DNA of 64,000 bases from positions 992,001-1,056,000 of the forward strand of contig JANJGN010000151.1 in the NCBI GenBank assembly GCA_026770705.1, read 5' to 3'. The notes beneath the pieces were generated by a model that was given only the letters and a program-made list of their open reading frames with translations, ran no database searches and was not told the origin of the DNA. Shown here piece after piece: positions 39,249-52,734 of the stretch (its first letter is position 1; each line of letters begins with the position of its first letter). Origin of the DNA: Isurus oxyrinchus. Its lineage: Eukaryota. The translations under genes and the position numbers were made by a program.

Positions 39249-39707
39249 AATCAGGGGCATCATTGGTTACTAACCAAGAAATGCTCCTTCTACACACCCT
39301 ATCAAACACTGGCAGGACAGATGCCGCGCAAAACATATCTCCTTCACTGTCACTCCTATCCAGAGTCAATACTGCACGGGTTAAATACACAAACAATCCC
39401 AGACAGATAGAACAGGGATGAACTTTCGGGTGAATCTCCCTCTACACTGTGCCAACAAAGGCTCCTCATGCAGTTACAACACGAATGAATGCAGAGAGAT
39501 TCTGCTTCAATGAGCGCCGACTATGCAAGAAGTTGTGAAAGGAATCAACTTTTAACTTCTAAATAAACGGAAAAAATATTTTGTTCTCTCAGATTACACA
39601 GATAGTGTAATTTGCACTTCTAAATCACATTTCTAAAGACAGTTACTTGTGTGCTTCTCACTTCTGAAGCCCGTGGCTTGTTGCCTCCTCAGTCGCTGTG
39701 CCCAGTA

Positions 39708-39987
39708 AGTTCTCATATATGCTCCTGATCTCTTCGTTTCACGGTATCTCACCGCTCTGTTACACAATGCCGTGTCTGACAGCTGAACAGTATTAACAGT
39801 GAGAGCGGTGGATCGTTTCTCACGGTCCACAGGTACTTCAAAACTTCCCTCAACTCTTTCATCTCTGTATGTGCAAACAAAATACTCGGGAGCTTATTTG
39901 GAGAGCTGGCAATACCAGGATATGAGTTCTGGTCTGAACGTTCTCTGATACATCGATATCTGAAATGCCTCTGAGTGACAACAGCAG
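39708..39987 (-). pseudogene. Inverted TCR V pseudogene with decayed 23-RSS
   Basis: Minus strand: acceptor TTTTGGCAG, AVVTQR.., SWYCQLSK*APEYF..VDREKRSTALTVNTVQLSDTALCNRAVR, then TACCGTG + 23 + ATGAGAACT. Confidence 0.8.
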
Positions 39988-40057
39988 CTGCCAAAACAAG
40001 ACTGACATTAAAATAATGACAATGCAAGCAGGATTAAATAAAGTGCTTGCAAATATC

Positions 40058-40187
40058 NNNNNNNNNNNNNNNNNNNNNNNNNNNNNNNNNNNNNNNNNNN
40101 NNNNNNNNNNNNNNNNNNNNNNNNNNNNNNNNNNNNNNNNNNNNNNNNNNNNNNNNNNNNNNNNNNNNNNNNNNNNNNNNNNNNNNN
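40058..40187. other. Assembly gap (N run)
   Basis: 130 N. Confidence 1.
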
Positions 40188-41914
40188 GCCCGTCTGTCTG
40201 TCTGTCTTCTTGTTTATCTATTTTCGTTCGCATCTCTATCTATCTAGGTACCTGAGAGCCAGAGTTAGTTTTCTGTCTATCTCTTTATGTTGCATGTCGA
40301 ACAACCAAACATACAGAACTTTACGGACTATGATTCTATACTCTGTATCTGTAATACCAGCAACAGGATGTTAAAAATTTCTCCAGATGAAAGTTTAAAC
40401 ATGGGCAAGTAACATTTCTGAATATCACCAGCATTTCTAAAGGCCCTGGGTTGGGGAAAGGTTAACGGAGCAGCAGACACACGACAGTGAGCAACCATAT
40501 TGTACAACTGAATCCGTCTTTGTCTCAATATGCCCTTATGGCACAGTGATAACCTCTGACGCCTTGGGCCGCAGTGTTACCAATAGACTATTGGCATTCT
40601 TCACTCTGTCAAAGGGCAGTGTGTAGCGTCCTTTGGTCACATTCCCCAGGTAAATGGGAGCGATAAATTTCGGAGCCCCTGTCAGTATTTGTCCAAGGCT
40701 CAGGAGTATCCAAAATCAACCGAGCGCCAACAGTCCACTTCAACCCATTCTCCTTCTTTGTGGGGGTTTCTGCTCATGATGATGAAGATGGACAAAAGGC
40801 GGATCAATCAGGGTCTGACTTACAGGCTGGGCCTTGCTGCTAACTCCAGGACTCCCAATGGTGGGGAGGAGGAGGAGAGGGGAGAAACTGATGAGCGACA
40901 CTATCACCGATTGGCCTGTTCTGGGATGTCGTTATCTGACATAATTCACTGTGCTGACTGATTGGTGGTTTGTCAAACTGGAGACCACTTAATTTGTCAC
41001 AGCTCTTGAATTTCTTTGCTTCCGGTGTATCAACTTGTTAAATTGTCTCATAAGGTATCTCCTCCATTGTCTTTCTAACCGAAAAGAGCCATTCGTCATC
41101 TTAGACTCATAGAGTTTTAGAGCACAAAGAGGGGCAATTAGGCCCACTACCTACGTGCTGATTCTCTGAAAGAGTTATCCATTTATTCTTAATTACCTGT
41201 CTGGGGTCTGAATATTTTGTATTTTTAAATTTTCCTTTAATGGACAAATAGTTATCCACTTGCCTTTCAAAATTACTTATAGATTCTGCCTCCATCACTG
41301 TTCCCCATGGACAACCATATCCTCTAATAGTTCACTGCTCAAAATACAAAAGGAATTGACCCCCGTCCATTATAATAGACATAACCTGAAACGACGCCAT
41401 CCAGTTACCCATTGAGCGACCAGTCGGATTCACTCTGTTTCATTTCAACATTTTAAATCCTCCCTTGATTGGCCATAAGTCTGTCAGACCGCTCCTTAAT
41501 ATTCCCTCCCCTGATGAAAAGTTGCTCAATTATTTGTATTATCGTCTCTCATCCCCCACTGTACCTTCCTCAGCCTGTCCTACTTGAGGGTTAACACCAA
41601 ACCAAGGAAGAATCTTAAAACTGGTAAAAATGGTTGAATTGTGTTAACAATGATGCATGCAACTTTATCCTTGTCCCTCAGTGTTATAGAATCCACGTGT
41701 CTGTTTATAACTTCGGATTATTTGGTTATTTAAGACAATCGGCAGCTTATTTCCCATTTTCAGCATCTGAATCCTGAATTCTTTCTCCCCATTTCTCGGT
41801 CAGATTAATATTTACCTCTTTGCTCCTTCTGCCCGCTTTACCTTTTATTATGAGACAAACAGACACGGAAATTTTTAGTAGTACTTGAACCATTAGGTCA
41901 TTTTATTATTATTT

Positions 41915-42195
41915 GGATGTGGGCGTCGCTGGCTGGGCCAGCATTTATTGTTCAAGGGCCATTTAAGAGTCAACCACATTGCTGTAGATCTGAAGTCACA
42001 TGAAGGATTTCATTCCCTAAAGGAACCAAATGGGTTTTTACAACATTCGGCAATAGTTCCATGCTTTTAATTCCATATTTTTATTGAATTCAAATTCCAC
42101 CATCTGTCATGCTGGGATTAGAACCCGGGTTCCCAGAGCGTTACTCTGGGTTTCTGGATTACTCGTCCAGCAACAATTACACTATCCCTCCCCAT
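41915..42195 (-). mobile_element. tRNA-derived SINE-like element
   Basis: GGATGTGGGCGTCGCTGGC..GCATTTATTG..GAGTCAACCACATTGCTG..GGATTAGAACCC (B-box-like on minus); further copies at about 44878-45030 and 59845-60190. Confidence 0.7.
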
Positions 42196-42419
42196 CAAGA
42201 CCCATATGGGTAGAGTATACAGTAGAGAAGTGAAGAACACCAATGCAATGCTTAGCATTAAGCTAACAATGGCACAAATCAGAGGAAGTCCTGAATGAAA
42301 CGTGGAAAGCTGTAAACTCTTTTGAATCAACAAAATAAAGTAAATAAACAAAATTGTGGACATTTTTTAAAAGTAGCCCCTTAAAGGGAAATTGCAAAAA
42401 CAAAGACAAAATTTAAAGG

Positions 42420-44545
42420 AAATTTACAAACATTAAACCAAAATGTGATTAAGATTTCAATCAAACACCCCAGTCGCTGCAGTGCCCACCGAGCATGGAA
42501 GGCCTCGACGGTGCCAGCAGACTCCAAGCACTCACTCTCCAGGGGCACCCGGCGCAAACATAACAGTGAAAAACAGGCAAACTCTCGGGTCGGAGGACTC
42601 CCACGATTGACCGCTGCCTGGAGCTGCTAATGATCAACTGGGCCAGGCCCAGGGGCAGGTCCACGAAGTGGTCCTCCTTCCTCCCGTCTCCTCTCCAGCC
42701 GGGTGCCCATAGATCAGGAGTGTGGGACAGAAGTGCAAACAAAATAAAAGCAAAAAGATTTCAAGTAACTAAAAAGGGCGTCCAACCCACAACAGCTCAC
42801 ATATGCATGGTCCACGGACTCCAGAAGGCTGCAAAACACACAGGCACCTTGGGAGTCCATGAATCGACTCATCCTCTGGTTCTATGGGACTCCTGCAGAC
42901 AACACCCGCTATCCCAGGACCCCAGTGGAAAATGGGAGGGCACCCACTGGGGACCACCACCATCAGACGGCAACAGGCGGCGGACGAGAGGCAAGGAACC
43001 AAAAGGTGTGCAGCAGCAGCCCATGCAGGATACCCCTCCATGTCATGCTAAAGGACACGGGGGTCATTTCCGTGAGGTGACTTAGGTTGCGGGGCGGGGG
43101 CTCCTGAGGGAGATTTCGAGGCTTGGGGCCAATGTGGAATTCCGTTCGAACAGGGGTACACTCAGGCGGAAGACAACTGTGCAACTGCGCCACCTCTAGA
43201 CCCAGAACAATGTCATGGCCGAGCACAACCATCGTCAGGCTTTGGATGGCATTGGCTGTGAGCTGGATGTCCACCGACGCACGATGCACCAAATCCTGCG
43301 GCAGCATCCAGTCCACTCCTCCACACCCAGCACACCCCCGATCCTGGACACCCCAGCATCCACTGCCCTCCTCACCACCAGGCTCTGAAAAAGGCGGAAG
43401 TGCAGATTCCTGAACAAAGGCTCTCTCACGATAGTTGCGACTACCTCCTGACCGCAGAAAGCTGCGTAGCACGGAGACCATGTTCCAGATGTTGATCAAG
43501 TCCTGATAAAAGACGGGCAACACCTGCTAGAAGCCACGAAGGCCGCGCCGGCCTACAAACAGGGGCTACCCGTCATAACTCAGGCCATGCACCTGGCGGA
43601 AGAAATACGTTGACAGGGAACACCATCTTGGAGGGGGCTCGAACTAAAGGTATTGATGCAGGTCCCGAAGGCAGAAAGTCACCACCTTGGTGCGTCACTA
43701 GCGCCTGCCCACCCTTCATAAGTGGGAGGCTCAGAAACTCCACAGTGAACCAGTGCAGCCTTTCATCCCAGAAGGGGTTGTCTAGTGATCTCTGGACTTC
43801 TGAGACAAAATTCGGGGGAGGGGTCAAAGCGCCCAGCCGGTACCACAACATGGTGGCAATCAGCTGGTTTATGACCAGAACTCGACCCCGGTAAGACAGC
43901 ACTCAGAGCTGCCCTGTCCAGCACCACAGGCTAGTGGCGATTTTGGCCTCCAGTTCCTGCCAGTTCGCCAGCCTGGATTCCTCAGGAGGGCAGAGGTGGA
44001 CCCCCAGGTAGAGGAGGCTGGTCCCGCTCCAGGTGAAGGGCCTGGGTTCCTCGGGTAGGGGTTCCAACTGCCGACCAGGGGCCCAGGACACTTGTCCAAG
44101 CTGATCCTGGCAGAGGACGCGGCAAAGCAGACCTCCTGGCACTTGCACATCCTCCGCAGGTCAGCCGGCTCAGTGAACATGAGCAGCAAGTCATCAGTAT
44201 AAGCCGATAGGACCACCCCAATGGCCGGCCCACGCAGAACCAATCATGACAACCTCCTCCACAGGAGGTGCAGTAAAGGATCCACGCAGATAGAATACAA
44301 TTGGCCAGGTAGGGAGCGGCCCTGGCGCACTCCTCTTTCTGAGCGAAGGGGCGCTGTCAGGGACCCGTTAACCTTTACTAGACACTCTGCGCCAGCATAC
44401 ATAAGTCGGATCCGAGCGACGAAATTCGTCCCGCACACGAATGCTCGCAGAGTCCCGAATAAATAACCGTGATCCACGCTGTCAAATATCTCCTAGTCAA
44501 GAGGCAGGAAGGCGCGCGACAGACCAGTCCTCTGGGAAAACCGGA
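42420..44545 (-). mobile_element. Tx1-clade (L1-like) non-LTR retrotransposon ORF2 fragment
   Basis: DHGYLFGTLRAF..FVARIRLMYAGAECLVKVNGSL..GVRQG..LPGQLY, SAYTDD, LSYRGRVLVINQLIATMLWYRL, LPVFYQDL..W; many frameshifts. Confidence 0.88.
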
Positions 44546-46451
44546 TGATACCTCCAGACCAGTAAACTAGTCCAAGTGTTTGAACTGTGTTCTAACCAAC
44601 GGCATGTGCAGCTTTATTCTTGTCTCTAGGCACTCTACAATCCACGTGTCTGTTTATAACCTCGGATTATTTTATTATTTAAAGCAATCAGCAGATTGTT
44701 CCTCACTCTCAGCATCCGAATCCTGAATTCTTTCTCCCTCTTTCTCGTTTCAGTTAATATTTACTTCTTTGTCCCTTCCACACTCCATCTGCCTTACTTT
44801 TTTAAGTATGAGGCAAACAGACACGGAAATTTTTGGCGGTAATTTAGACAGTTAACTCGTTTTTCAAATTCATTCCATGGGATGTGGGCGTCGCTGGCTA
44901 GGCTAGCATTTATTGCCCAAGCCTAATTGCCCTTTTTCAAAGGGCATTTAAGATTCAATCACATTGCAGTGGATCTGCAGTCACATGTAGGCCAGGCCAG
45001 GGAAGGACGGCAGATTTCTTCCCCTAAAAGATATTTTTCCTTCTGACGATTATCAATTGTCTTTTCTGTCCTGTGTCTGTAGGAATAAACCCAACGGGCT
45101 GGATGCGCCACCTACTGGTGCATTCGGGTAAATTTGGTTTGTCGAATCTGTCAAACTGGTTTTCACTTTCTGAAATGTTCTATTTTTCAATTTATTTTAC
45201 TTGTGGCGTGGCTAATTGCTGCGTGGAGCAATGAGATGAACACGGTTACAAATATTGTAGACATTGCATTTTTGTTTATTTGATTTGAAGTGAGAGTAAA
45301 TGATGAAAAAGTGATGTTTAATTAGACAACCAAAAACATACATTCTCGGAATTTGGGCGTCAATGGTAATTCTGGTCCTTATTGTCCATCTGTAAGTGAA
45401 TCTTGCAACATCTGTTCTTCCCGCCTTGACGCTTTAATACTGTCGCCCGCCATGTTTGGTGCGTACAATTAAAATCATGCCATATGTGGGCAGAGAATTC
45501 AGTCGAGGAGTGAACAACACCAATGGGATCCTTCTCATTGAGCCAACAAGGGCACAAGTCAGAGGAAGGCCTGAATGACTCGTAGAGAGGTGTAGTCAGA
45601 CCATACTCTATTATCATTGCTTTGAATTCTCGCCGCCAAGTAAGAATGGGGTCATTAAAGATTGGCGGCAGTGCAGCGGTAATACAGGAGGCTAATTTTT
45701 CAGTTTGAACGGTTTTAGATGAGAGGGAAAGCGAAAACAGTGCTTTCCGACTGTTACCAACTGATTGTTGGTCGCACAGAAAGTGAACGCCGGTTGAACA
45801 GGTCTTCGCTCTAAATTACAGTGTCCAAAACCAGGGAATGTCCTGCGCAATAATTAGGGGGAATTGTAACTCTTTCGAGTACAAACCCGTTTCCATCTGT
45901 TTATTCAGATGAAGTTACATTGTTTCATATTTTACCATTGTGAGATTTGAACTCTTGATAATCTTTTAAATGAAAACCAAATCAACAAAATCGGGACAAT
46001 TGAACTCTTGATCTTGGGTTTACAAACACAGTAACATAACCACTTGGCTATTTAGGCCAAGCTAGGGGGAATTGTAGGGGCGGTGGGATGGCTGGAAGGA
46101 CAAATTAAGATGGGACAAACGGCTTCATCATTCGTCAGTACCTTATGACTTTGAAAGTGGTCTGCGCAGTGAAAACTGAAAATGACGAATGAGCCTCTCG
46201 TGATGATGTGAGGTAAACTGCGGTTCCACGGTTTCTGCAACTTGATTAATGTAAAACAAAAAGACAACTCTTGTGTGATGATTTACTGTGGCTTTCTCTC
46301 TGTGTACCCTTGTGTGCAAATGTATGTTTAACTGTCTGCATCTGTTCGGATTTCCAATGTTGTAGTTGAGGCTCGTGTTGACCAGCAGAAGGCGCTCCCT
46401 GGTCTCTGGAACTTGTGATCGCAAGGTGAAGATGCGAGGGAGCTTAAGCAT

Positions 46452-46566
46452 TGATTGGGCGTGGAGACGGTAATGCGCTTGCGTCAGATCATTTGCATTG
46501 TGACGTCAGCATGTTAACGTGTATAATGTCAGCATATTGTATCCGTGACGTCACTGTGTGACGTCA
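46452..46566. promoter_or_regulatory. Dense cluster: 3 full CRE palindromes, octamer, CCAAT and GC box
   Basis: TGACGTCA at 46501, 46546 and 46559; ATTTGCAT at 46491; TGCGTCA at 46480; ATTGG and GGGCGTGG at 46454-46463. Confidence 0.6.
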
Positions 46567-46754
46567 GTCGGCCTGGTTTGAAAGTTATTTGTGCTTCCTC
46601 CGAGAAGACAGGGGACTAAAATAATTGTTAAAGCTTTAAATCTTATATAAATATGCAAAGAAGAAAAAACGATTAGTGAAGACAAATGTAGGTCTTTTAC
46701 TGTCCGAAATGGGAGAATTTAGAATAGAAAACAAGGAAATGGCAGAGCTATTTA

Positions 46755-47095
46755 AGTTTTTCTACAGGATGGACACGGAGCTGTGTATCCGTGGGTCTCA
46801 GAGCGCAGTCATGCACGGCAACCTCTGGCAGCTCCACCCAGAAACTCTCAGCTGAAGCTTGCTCTCTGTGCTCAGTTCCTCTATAAGCCCCTTCTTGGTG
46901 AAGTCGGCTGATAAGGTGATATGTTGGCCAATTAGCAACAGGTTGACCGGAGCCGACCGGGAGACTGCCAACACCAGAAAAGGCAATGAGCAATAACTGC
47001 TGGTTTAAAACGACAAGCCATCATCACCATTTCTCTTTCCCGCATTGTCCTGTCCGAACATTGTTTACAAACAGAATCGCCGCTGGAACTGTTGT
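46755..47095 (-). pseudogene. Inverted TCR alpha/delta V pseudogene with 23-RSS
   Basis: Minus: acceptor TTCTTCCAG; NSSSGDSVCKQ..EMVMMACRFKPAVIAHCLFWCWQSPG..QLRVSG/VELPEVAVHDCALRP; CACGGAT + 23 + AGAAAAACT. Leader-like FPCLFQLVLAFSAVCT at about 47177-47228. Confidence 0.82.
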
Positions 47096-48235
47096 CTGGA
47101 AGAAAAACTGAACATTTAGAAACATTCGTCCCTTAACCGAACCTAATAGTTTTTTTTTTTTCACTCGGATCCCACATGTGCATACACAGCAGAGAACGCT
47201 AAAACCAGCTGAAATAAACAGGGAAACACATCAGTGTTCGCGGGTCGCAACGTGAGGACCGACCCCTTCTCTGCTGTGGCAAAAACCTCCACTAGCTCAG
47301 GAGCAAAATGAACTATTTCACCCTAAGACACACATAGGAATGGAGCCGTCTTTGCCCCATATCATATCCTCTTAGGATAATATCACACCATCAGTGATAA
47401 GTGGGAACTGGGTCTGGCCTCTGTGAGTTCACTTGGCCGGCATTCCCGCCGCCGGGACAGACGCACTCGCATTTATTCCTCGCGTCTTTTCAGTTGTATC
47501 AGTGAAGTTTAAAAACTCCCCGAGGTCTCGCTGTAAAAGACCCAGAGAATTATAATTGTGGCAGGGCGTGTGAGTTTTAAAAATGTTAACAGGGGCCGTG
47601 ACAGTGAGTTTTAGTGGGTTTAGGATTAAAGTCAATTTGCACAGAGTCCGTTATTTTGGAATATGAATAAAGTCTTAATTCTCGGACTTCTGCTTCCCTA
47701 CGGAAAGGTTACTTGTGGCGCTGCCATGTAAGCTGAAAAGAAGCTTTGTGGTTGGAGCTCTGACAAAGTCTGGCTCACTCGATTAATGTGTAATAGAACT
47801 TTAAATCTCGATCCCCAACTTTGAGGGTAATGTTTTTTAGTTTTAATCATGTTTTATTTTTGTCTAAAACATTGAAGGAAAGTATATTAATAGAATGCAC
47901 AGTTACTAAGGGAACAGACATTCAAGTTCATCCACGCTATGCCGAAGAGAGAATTATGGAGAAATTAAAGCATTAGTCCTCTGATGTTCACTTTCTTCAT
48001 AACCATGTCTTGCTTTGAAGCTGAATGATGACGGGAATGGACACTGGGGGTTGTTTGAATCAGCGGCGTAAACCAGAGTTCGACACAAGATACTCTGAAA
48101 GGCGTATGAGCTTGTGAATGCATTTAAAACACAACCGGCAATTTATTAAAATTGAACTGTTGAAGTAGAAGTTGGGAGATAGATTGAAAGTACAGCAGCT
48201 CACTTTAGGACTGGCAACACGAAATTCTTCAAAGA

Positions 48236-48421
48236 CATACATGCAGATACATACGCACTCACGCAGGCGCACACAGGCACCACCACCCCACACACGCACA
48301 CAGACACACGAACACACGGACGCACGCAAACACAAACACACACACACACAGACAGACGTGCATACGCACGCACACACCGACACACACAAACACACACAGA
48401 CACACACACATACAAACATAC
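48236..48421. repeat. (CA)n microsatellite
   Basis: Seen directly. Confidence 0.95.
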
Positions 48422-48522
48422 ATTGATCAATGAAGCGGAGGAAAATAGATTGTGCTTCTTTCTGGAATTGTTGCAAGTCACTATTGCGCGTGGGAGTTAG
48501 GATCTTGCGGAATAAATGAACA

Positions 48523-48657
48523 AAGACGGGCGGAAAGGCAGCGCTTATCCTTAATGATCATGTGAACTATAAAAAGGCGGCATGGTATCTTTGCACCTCG
48601 GAGTTACATGAAGTCTACACGAGTGTTCACTTTGCTGGTTTCCGTGTGGGAGGAACT
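48523..48657 (+). pseudogene. Possible V 3'-end relic
   Basis: KTGGKAALILNDHVNYKKAAWYLCTSE resembles FR3; CACGAGTG + 23 + GGAGGAACT is a decayed RSS at best. Confidence 0.35.
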
Positions 48658-50129
48658 GCAGACGGGAGAATGTCGTTCAGTTACATTTTTGAATAAAACT
48701 AATTAAAGAAACGGATTCGGAAGTAAAGGCATTATTTAAAAATGGAAGTTGTGTTTAGTTTATATTGTCAATTATTAAAGTATTATCAATGAGATGTTGG
48801 AAATATTTTCCATGAGAGTTTCAACCAGTATCTACTTCCAACTATCATAGAAACGTGCAGCAGGAGCGAAGGCAGCCGGTAGTTAGCCATCCAGCCTAAA
48901 CTTATTTCTCAGGGTTTGACCAGTCGCCTTATATGTTAAGACACGAAGGTGCATATGCTTTTTGTTAAATATTATGAAAGCTTCTACCTCTGGCATCTGT
49001 TCCCCTGTGAGTTACAGAAGTCCGCCGCCCTCTGGTTGAGAAAAAATCTCATTTTCCTTTTTATACCTCCCACTTCTTAACCTAAATCTATTCTCCATTA
49101 GTTCTGGACCACTCAACAGAAGAGCTTAGATCATCGTATGCACTCTTTTCAAAGCTCTCGTTATTTGATAAGCTTCCTTTAGGTCTCCCCTCAACCTCCC
49201 CTTTTCCAACGAAAAGAACACAAGACTGCCCAATATTTCCTCATAGCTATTACTCTACAGTCCATAAATATCCCCTGTATCCTCTCTCGTGCAATCACAT
49301 TAATACTTTTTATAAAGTATCCCATTCTGTTCAAACTTATTATTCAATCCTAATTTCAGTCATATGAATGAAGTATCGCATTGTTGTGTTCAAACTCCTT
49401 GGGGGTCATTGTCTTCCTGTATCCCCTGTGTATAGGTTGTGAGTAGTTCTAATGGGAAGTGAGAAAGCCATTCAATGTAAGCAGCCAGCACTGATGCTGA
49501 AGCAACATTAACAATTTCCCTTCACTGTCCCAGCTCTCCAGTTTAGAGAATTTAGATTCTCTTGTAGCTGAAAAAAACAATGGCATTGAGTTGCTGCCCA
49601 AGCGTCCTGCGATCTGTTTCTTCCAGGGACTTGCATTCATCAGTTAAAGACTGGGAGTTCACACTGGCGGAATGACGGCGCTGAGCTGACTATGTTCAGA
49701 ATGAGAAGTGAGAAAGAACAAAAGCACAACATGTGACTCAGGGACGAGCAGATTCAGCCTCCAAAATGGTCCTTACTAATTTTTTTAACTGGCTGAGAAA
49801 GTCTCCCAACACATTGTTGGGTGACAGAATGAATCAAATTCTAGAATAGTTTGCATCGAGTATCTTTCTCATTCATACCCAAATAATTCACAACTAAATG
49901 TGCATCGATAACCTCCACAGGATAACACAAATTGTTTGCTTATCTATTTATATGTTGTTACGTTTATGTATATTGTATGTTTGTCTGTGCGTGAGCGTGA
50001 AAATGCTTATTTCTGCCTCCCTGAGTGTATCACGAGGCTTGGTGAATTATGCTGCAAAGATTTGGATATACAAAAAATTTCAGCAAAACCCTGCAATTAT
50101 TTCATGATCATATCACTGCAATAGTCTTG

Positions 50130-51060
50130 AGTGGGAGATAAAACAGACACCTTGGAAATCTGGAATCGGCTCAAGCAAAGCTGTGCGATAGCGCCCTCAC
50201 TATTTACAATCTGTCTGACAGTGTCTATTCACCTAAACAAAAATCAGCGGCCCTCTCGTGGCAGTGTTAAGCACCGCTTCTGTGGAAAACTGTAACTCAG
50301 TCACCTCCGCACCAAAATTAAATTGACCATCAAATTATCAACAGTTTGAAGAGGACTGTGGTGTCATTGTGCACTGTGCGGTGAGTTTACAAACCACTCT
50401 TGATTTCTTCAATTCTGCAAACAAGAGATTCGCCTGCCCTTGAAATTTTCCAAAACAAAACTCAATTTTCAACTCACTTCTGGCCAGTCAAGTATTCTAC
50501 CTGCCATAAATGTTGAAGGAGAGAATCCAGAATAAGCAGCAGCCAGTTCTCTCAAAAGGCCACCACTGACGAGGAGATCCAACACCAGATCAACTGCACC
50601 AGCTTCACCTTCTGAAAACTACGACAGTGAGTGTTCACAAAAAAGACCTGCGCAAGTGAACAGAGGTCTGAATGTACAGAGCAGTTGCCATCAAGAGGCT
50701 CCCGTACCGCAGTGAGACTTGGGCTGGTTATCAGTGAAACCTAACAGCTCGAGAGGATTTCCATCAGCAATGACTCGCCACGCCATTTGGTTTCATTGTA
50801 GAACCATTGAACAAACAGTTGTGTCCCACTTGAAGTCAGCTCCATAAGCATTCACGAAAGACTTGTGCAAAATCAATTACAGTGGTCTGGAGACTGTGTC
50901 AGGATGGCCTAAAAGCGTCTCCCCCACCAGGTTCCTTTCTCTCAACTTTCCAATGGCCAACGCCTCAGAGCAGGGCAGAGAAAGCATCCCAAGGGCACCC
51001 TGAAGATCTCCTTGAAGTGCGGGGTAGATCTCGCACTGTACACCAGGGATGAGCAAACTT
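50130..51060 (+). mobile_element. RTE-clade LINE fragment
   Basis: GLKQSCAIAPSLF, DEEIQHQINCTS and YRAVAI..LPYRSETW motifs typical of the RTE RT and C-terminus; degenerate. Confidence 0.7.
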
Positions 51061-52564
51061 CCTTGCCCGAGGGCCACATCTGGGTATGGAAATCTTTTGT
51101 GGACCGTAAATGCTGCTGAACAATTAAAACAAATATTGATTTTGGTACAACTAAAAATCATACATTTGCTATTAGATTTGTTAAACCATCACAGAATTTA
51201 TAGAATTATTCAAAATCACAAGAGTCTGGATTGGTTATATTGGGAGAAAATCTCCCATTTGTGGAAGGATCAATAACCAAAGAAGATAGGTCTAAGATAA
51301 TTGGCAGAAGAAGCAATGGCAATATGAGGAAAAACTTTTCCCCCAGCGAATGATTAGGGTCTGGAATGCAGGTTGATCGGGACTTTCAAAAGGAACTGGG
51401 TCGTTATCTGTAAAAGGTAAAAAAAAGACACAGGTTACGGGGAAAAGACTGGGAATAGGATTGGTTGAATTTATCCTCCAGAGGGCCAGCAAAAGCACGA
51501 GGGGCCCAAAGGTCTCCTTCTATGCTCTTCCGACTCTATGAGTCTATAACGATGCATTGCAATAATTTAACCAAACATAACCGCTTCTCACACTCTCTTG
51601 ACTTAATGTGAACAGCATAGTTTGTCACCCCTCATTAATAAGACATCAACTTATGCTGTTAGACTTGTTCTGGAAATACACAATAAGTAATTGCGATGCT
51701 GGTGATTTAGCTGGGATCTGTAGTGCGATTTGCTGCATTTCAGCAAATAAAAGGTTTGTGTGCACACATCAGTGGAGCCTAACAAAACAGGGATTTCCTC
51801 TGCCACGTTGAAGATAATTGGAAGCTCAGGTTCTCTCAAGGAAGCAGAAAATCTGTCAAGTTATTCTGGACTGTTGTTTTCCGTGAAAGTTTTATCTTTA
51901 TGGTGGAAAAGCTTCAGGTTGTCAGCCTTTCCTGTCACATTCTTCTGCCCTCCAGAAAGTTTGCAGTGTTATGCCAATAATGTGATTATGGAAAATTTAT
52001 GTCTTACTTTGTCCTTATGACAGGATGTTAAGGAAACTGGCCTACAGCCACAAAAGTTTAAACGAATCAAAGAACGAAGTCAGAAATTAAGGTAGAGAAG
52101 CCTCATCAGTCAGCTATCTGCATGACAGCCAACACAACTTCTGATGTTCTGATCTAATCAACTATTTTATCTGCATCCCATCTGAAAGGGGCATCTCCGG
52201 AACTGCAGTAATCCCTCAGTTCTGCACTGCAGAATTAGCCTGATTGACTGGGACTTGAAGCCAGAACCGCCTGACTTAGAGGCAACAGCGCCACCAAGTG
52301 AATCAGCGTTCTCGCAGGGCAAGTAGAATATAAGTTTGGGTAACTTGGATTATTCATGGTTAATTTTTTACCATTTAGGAAACAGCGGTGTTTAAACAGG
52401 AAATGGAGGAGGAGTTAGGTTTCTGAAGGGGAAGATGGTGAACCCCAGCCTGATACTGAGTTCCAGCCAGTTTAAAAAGTGAACGGTTCAGCTTGAAGTT
52501 AACAATCAGGAAGCAGTGTCGGGGAGTCTTTACAAGGCTGGAGAAACTTCTACCGAAAAAGCAA

Positions 52565-52613
52565 ATGATGGTGCTCTTCCTGTACCTCTGTTTGTTTCTA
52601 GTTAGCTTTACTT
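52565..52613 (+). CDS. IgH-type V leader exon
   Basis: MMVLFLYLCLFLVSFT + T, phase-1 donor GTGCGT; 121-bp intron to acceptor GCTCGTAG. Confidence 0.88.
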
Positions 52614-52734
52614 GTGCGTGCTGATCATTTATTGATCGTAGAGTCATTAATATTTTAAATATTCTGGTTTACTTTGTTGCATTTTAAAATGTCTCTTTAT
52701 AACCGAGATTTGCTCCTTTATAATTTGCTCGTAG

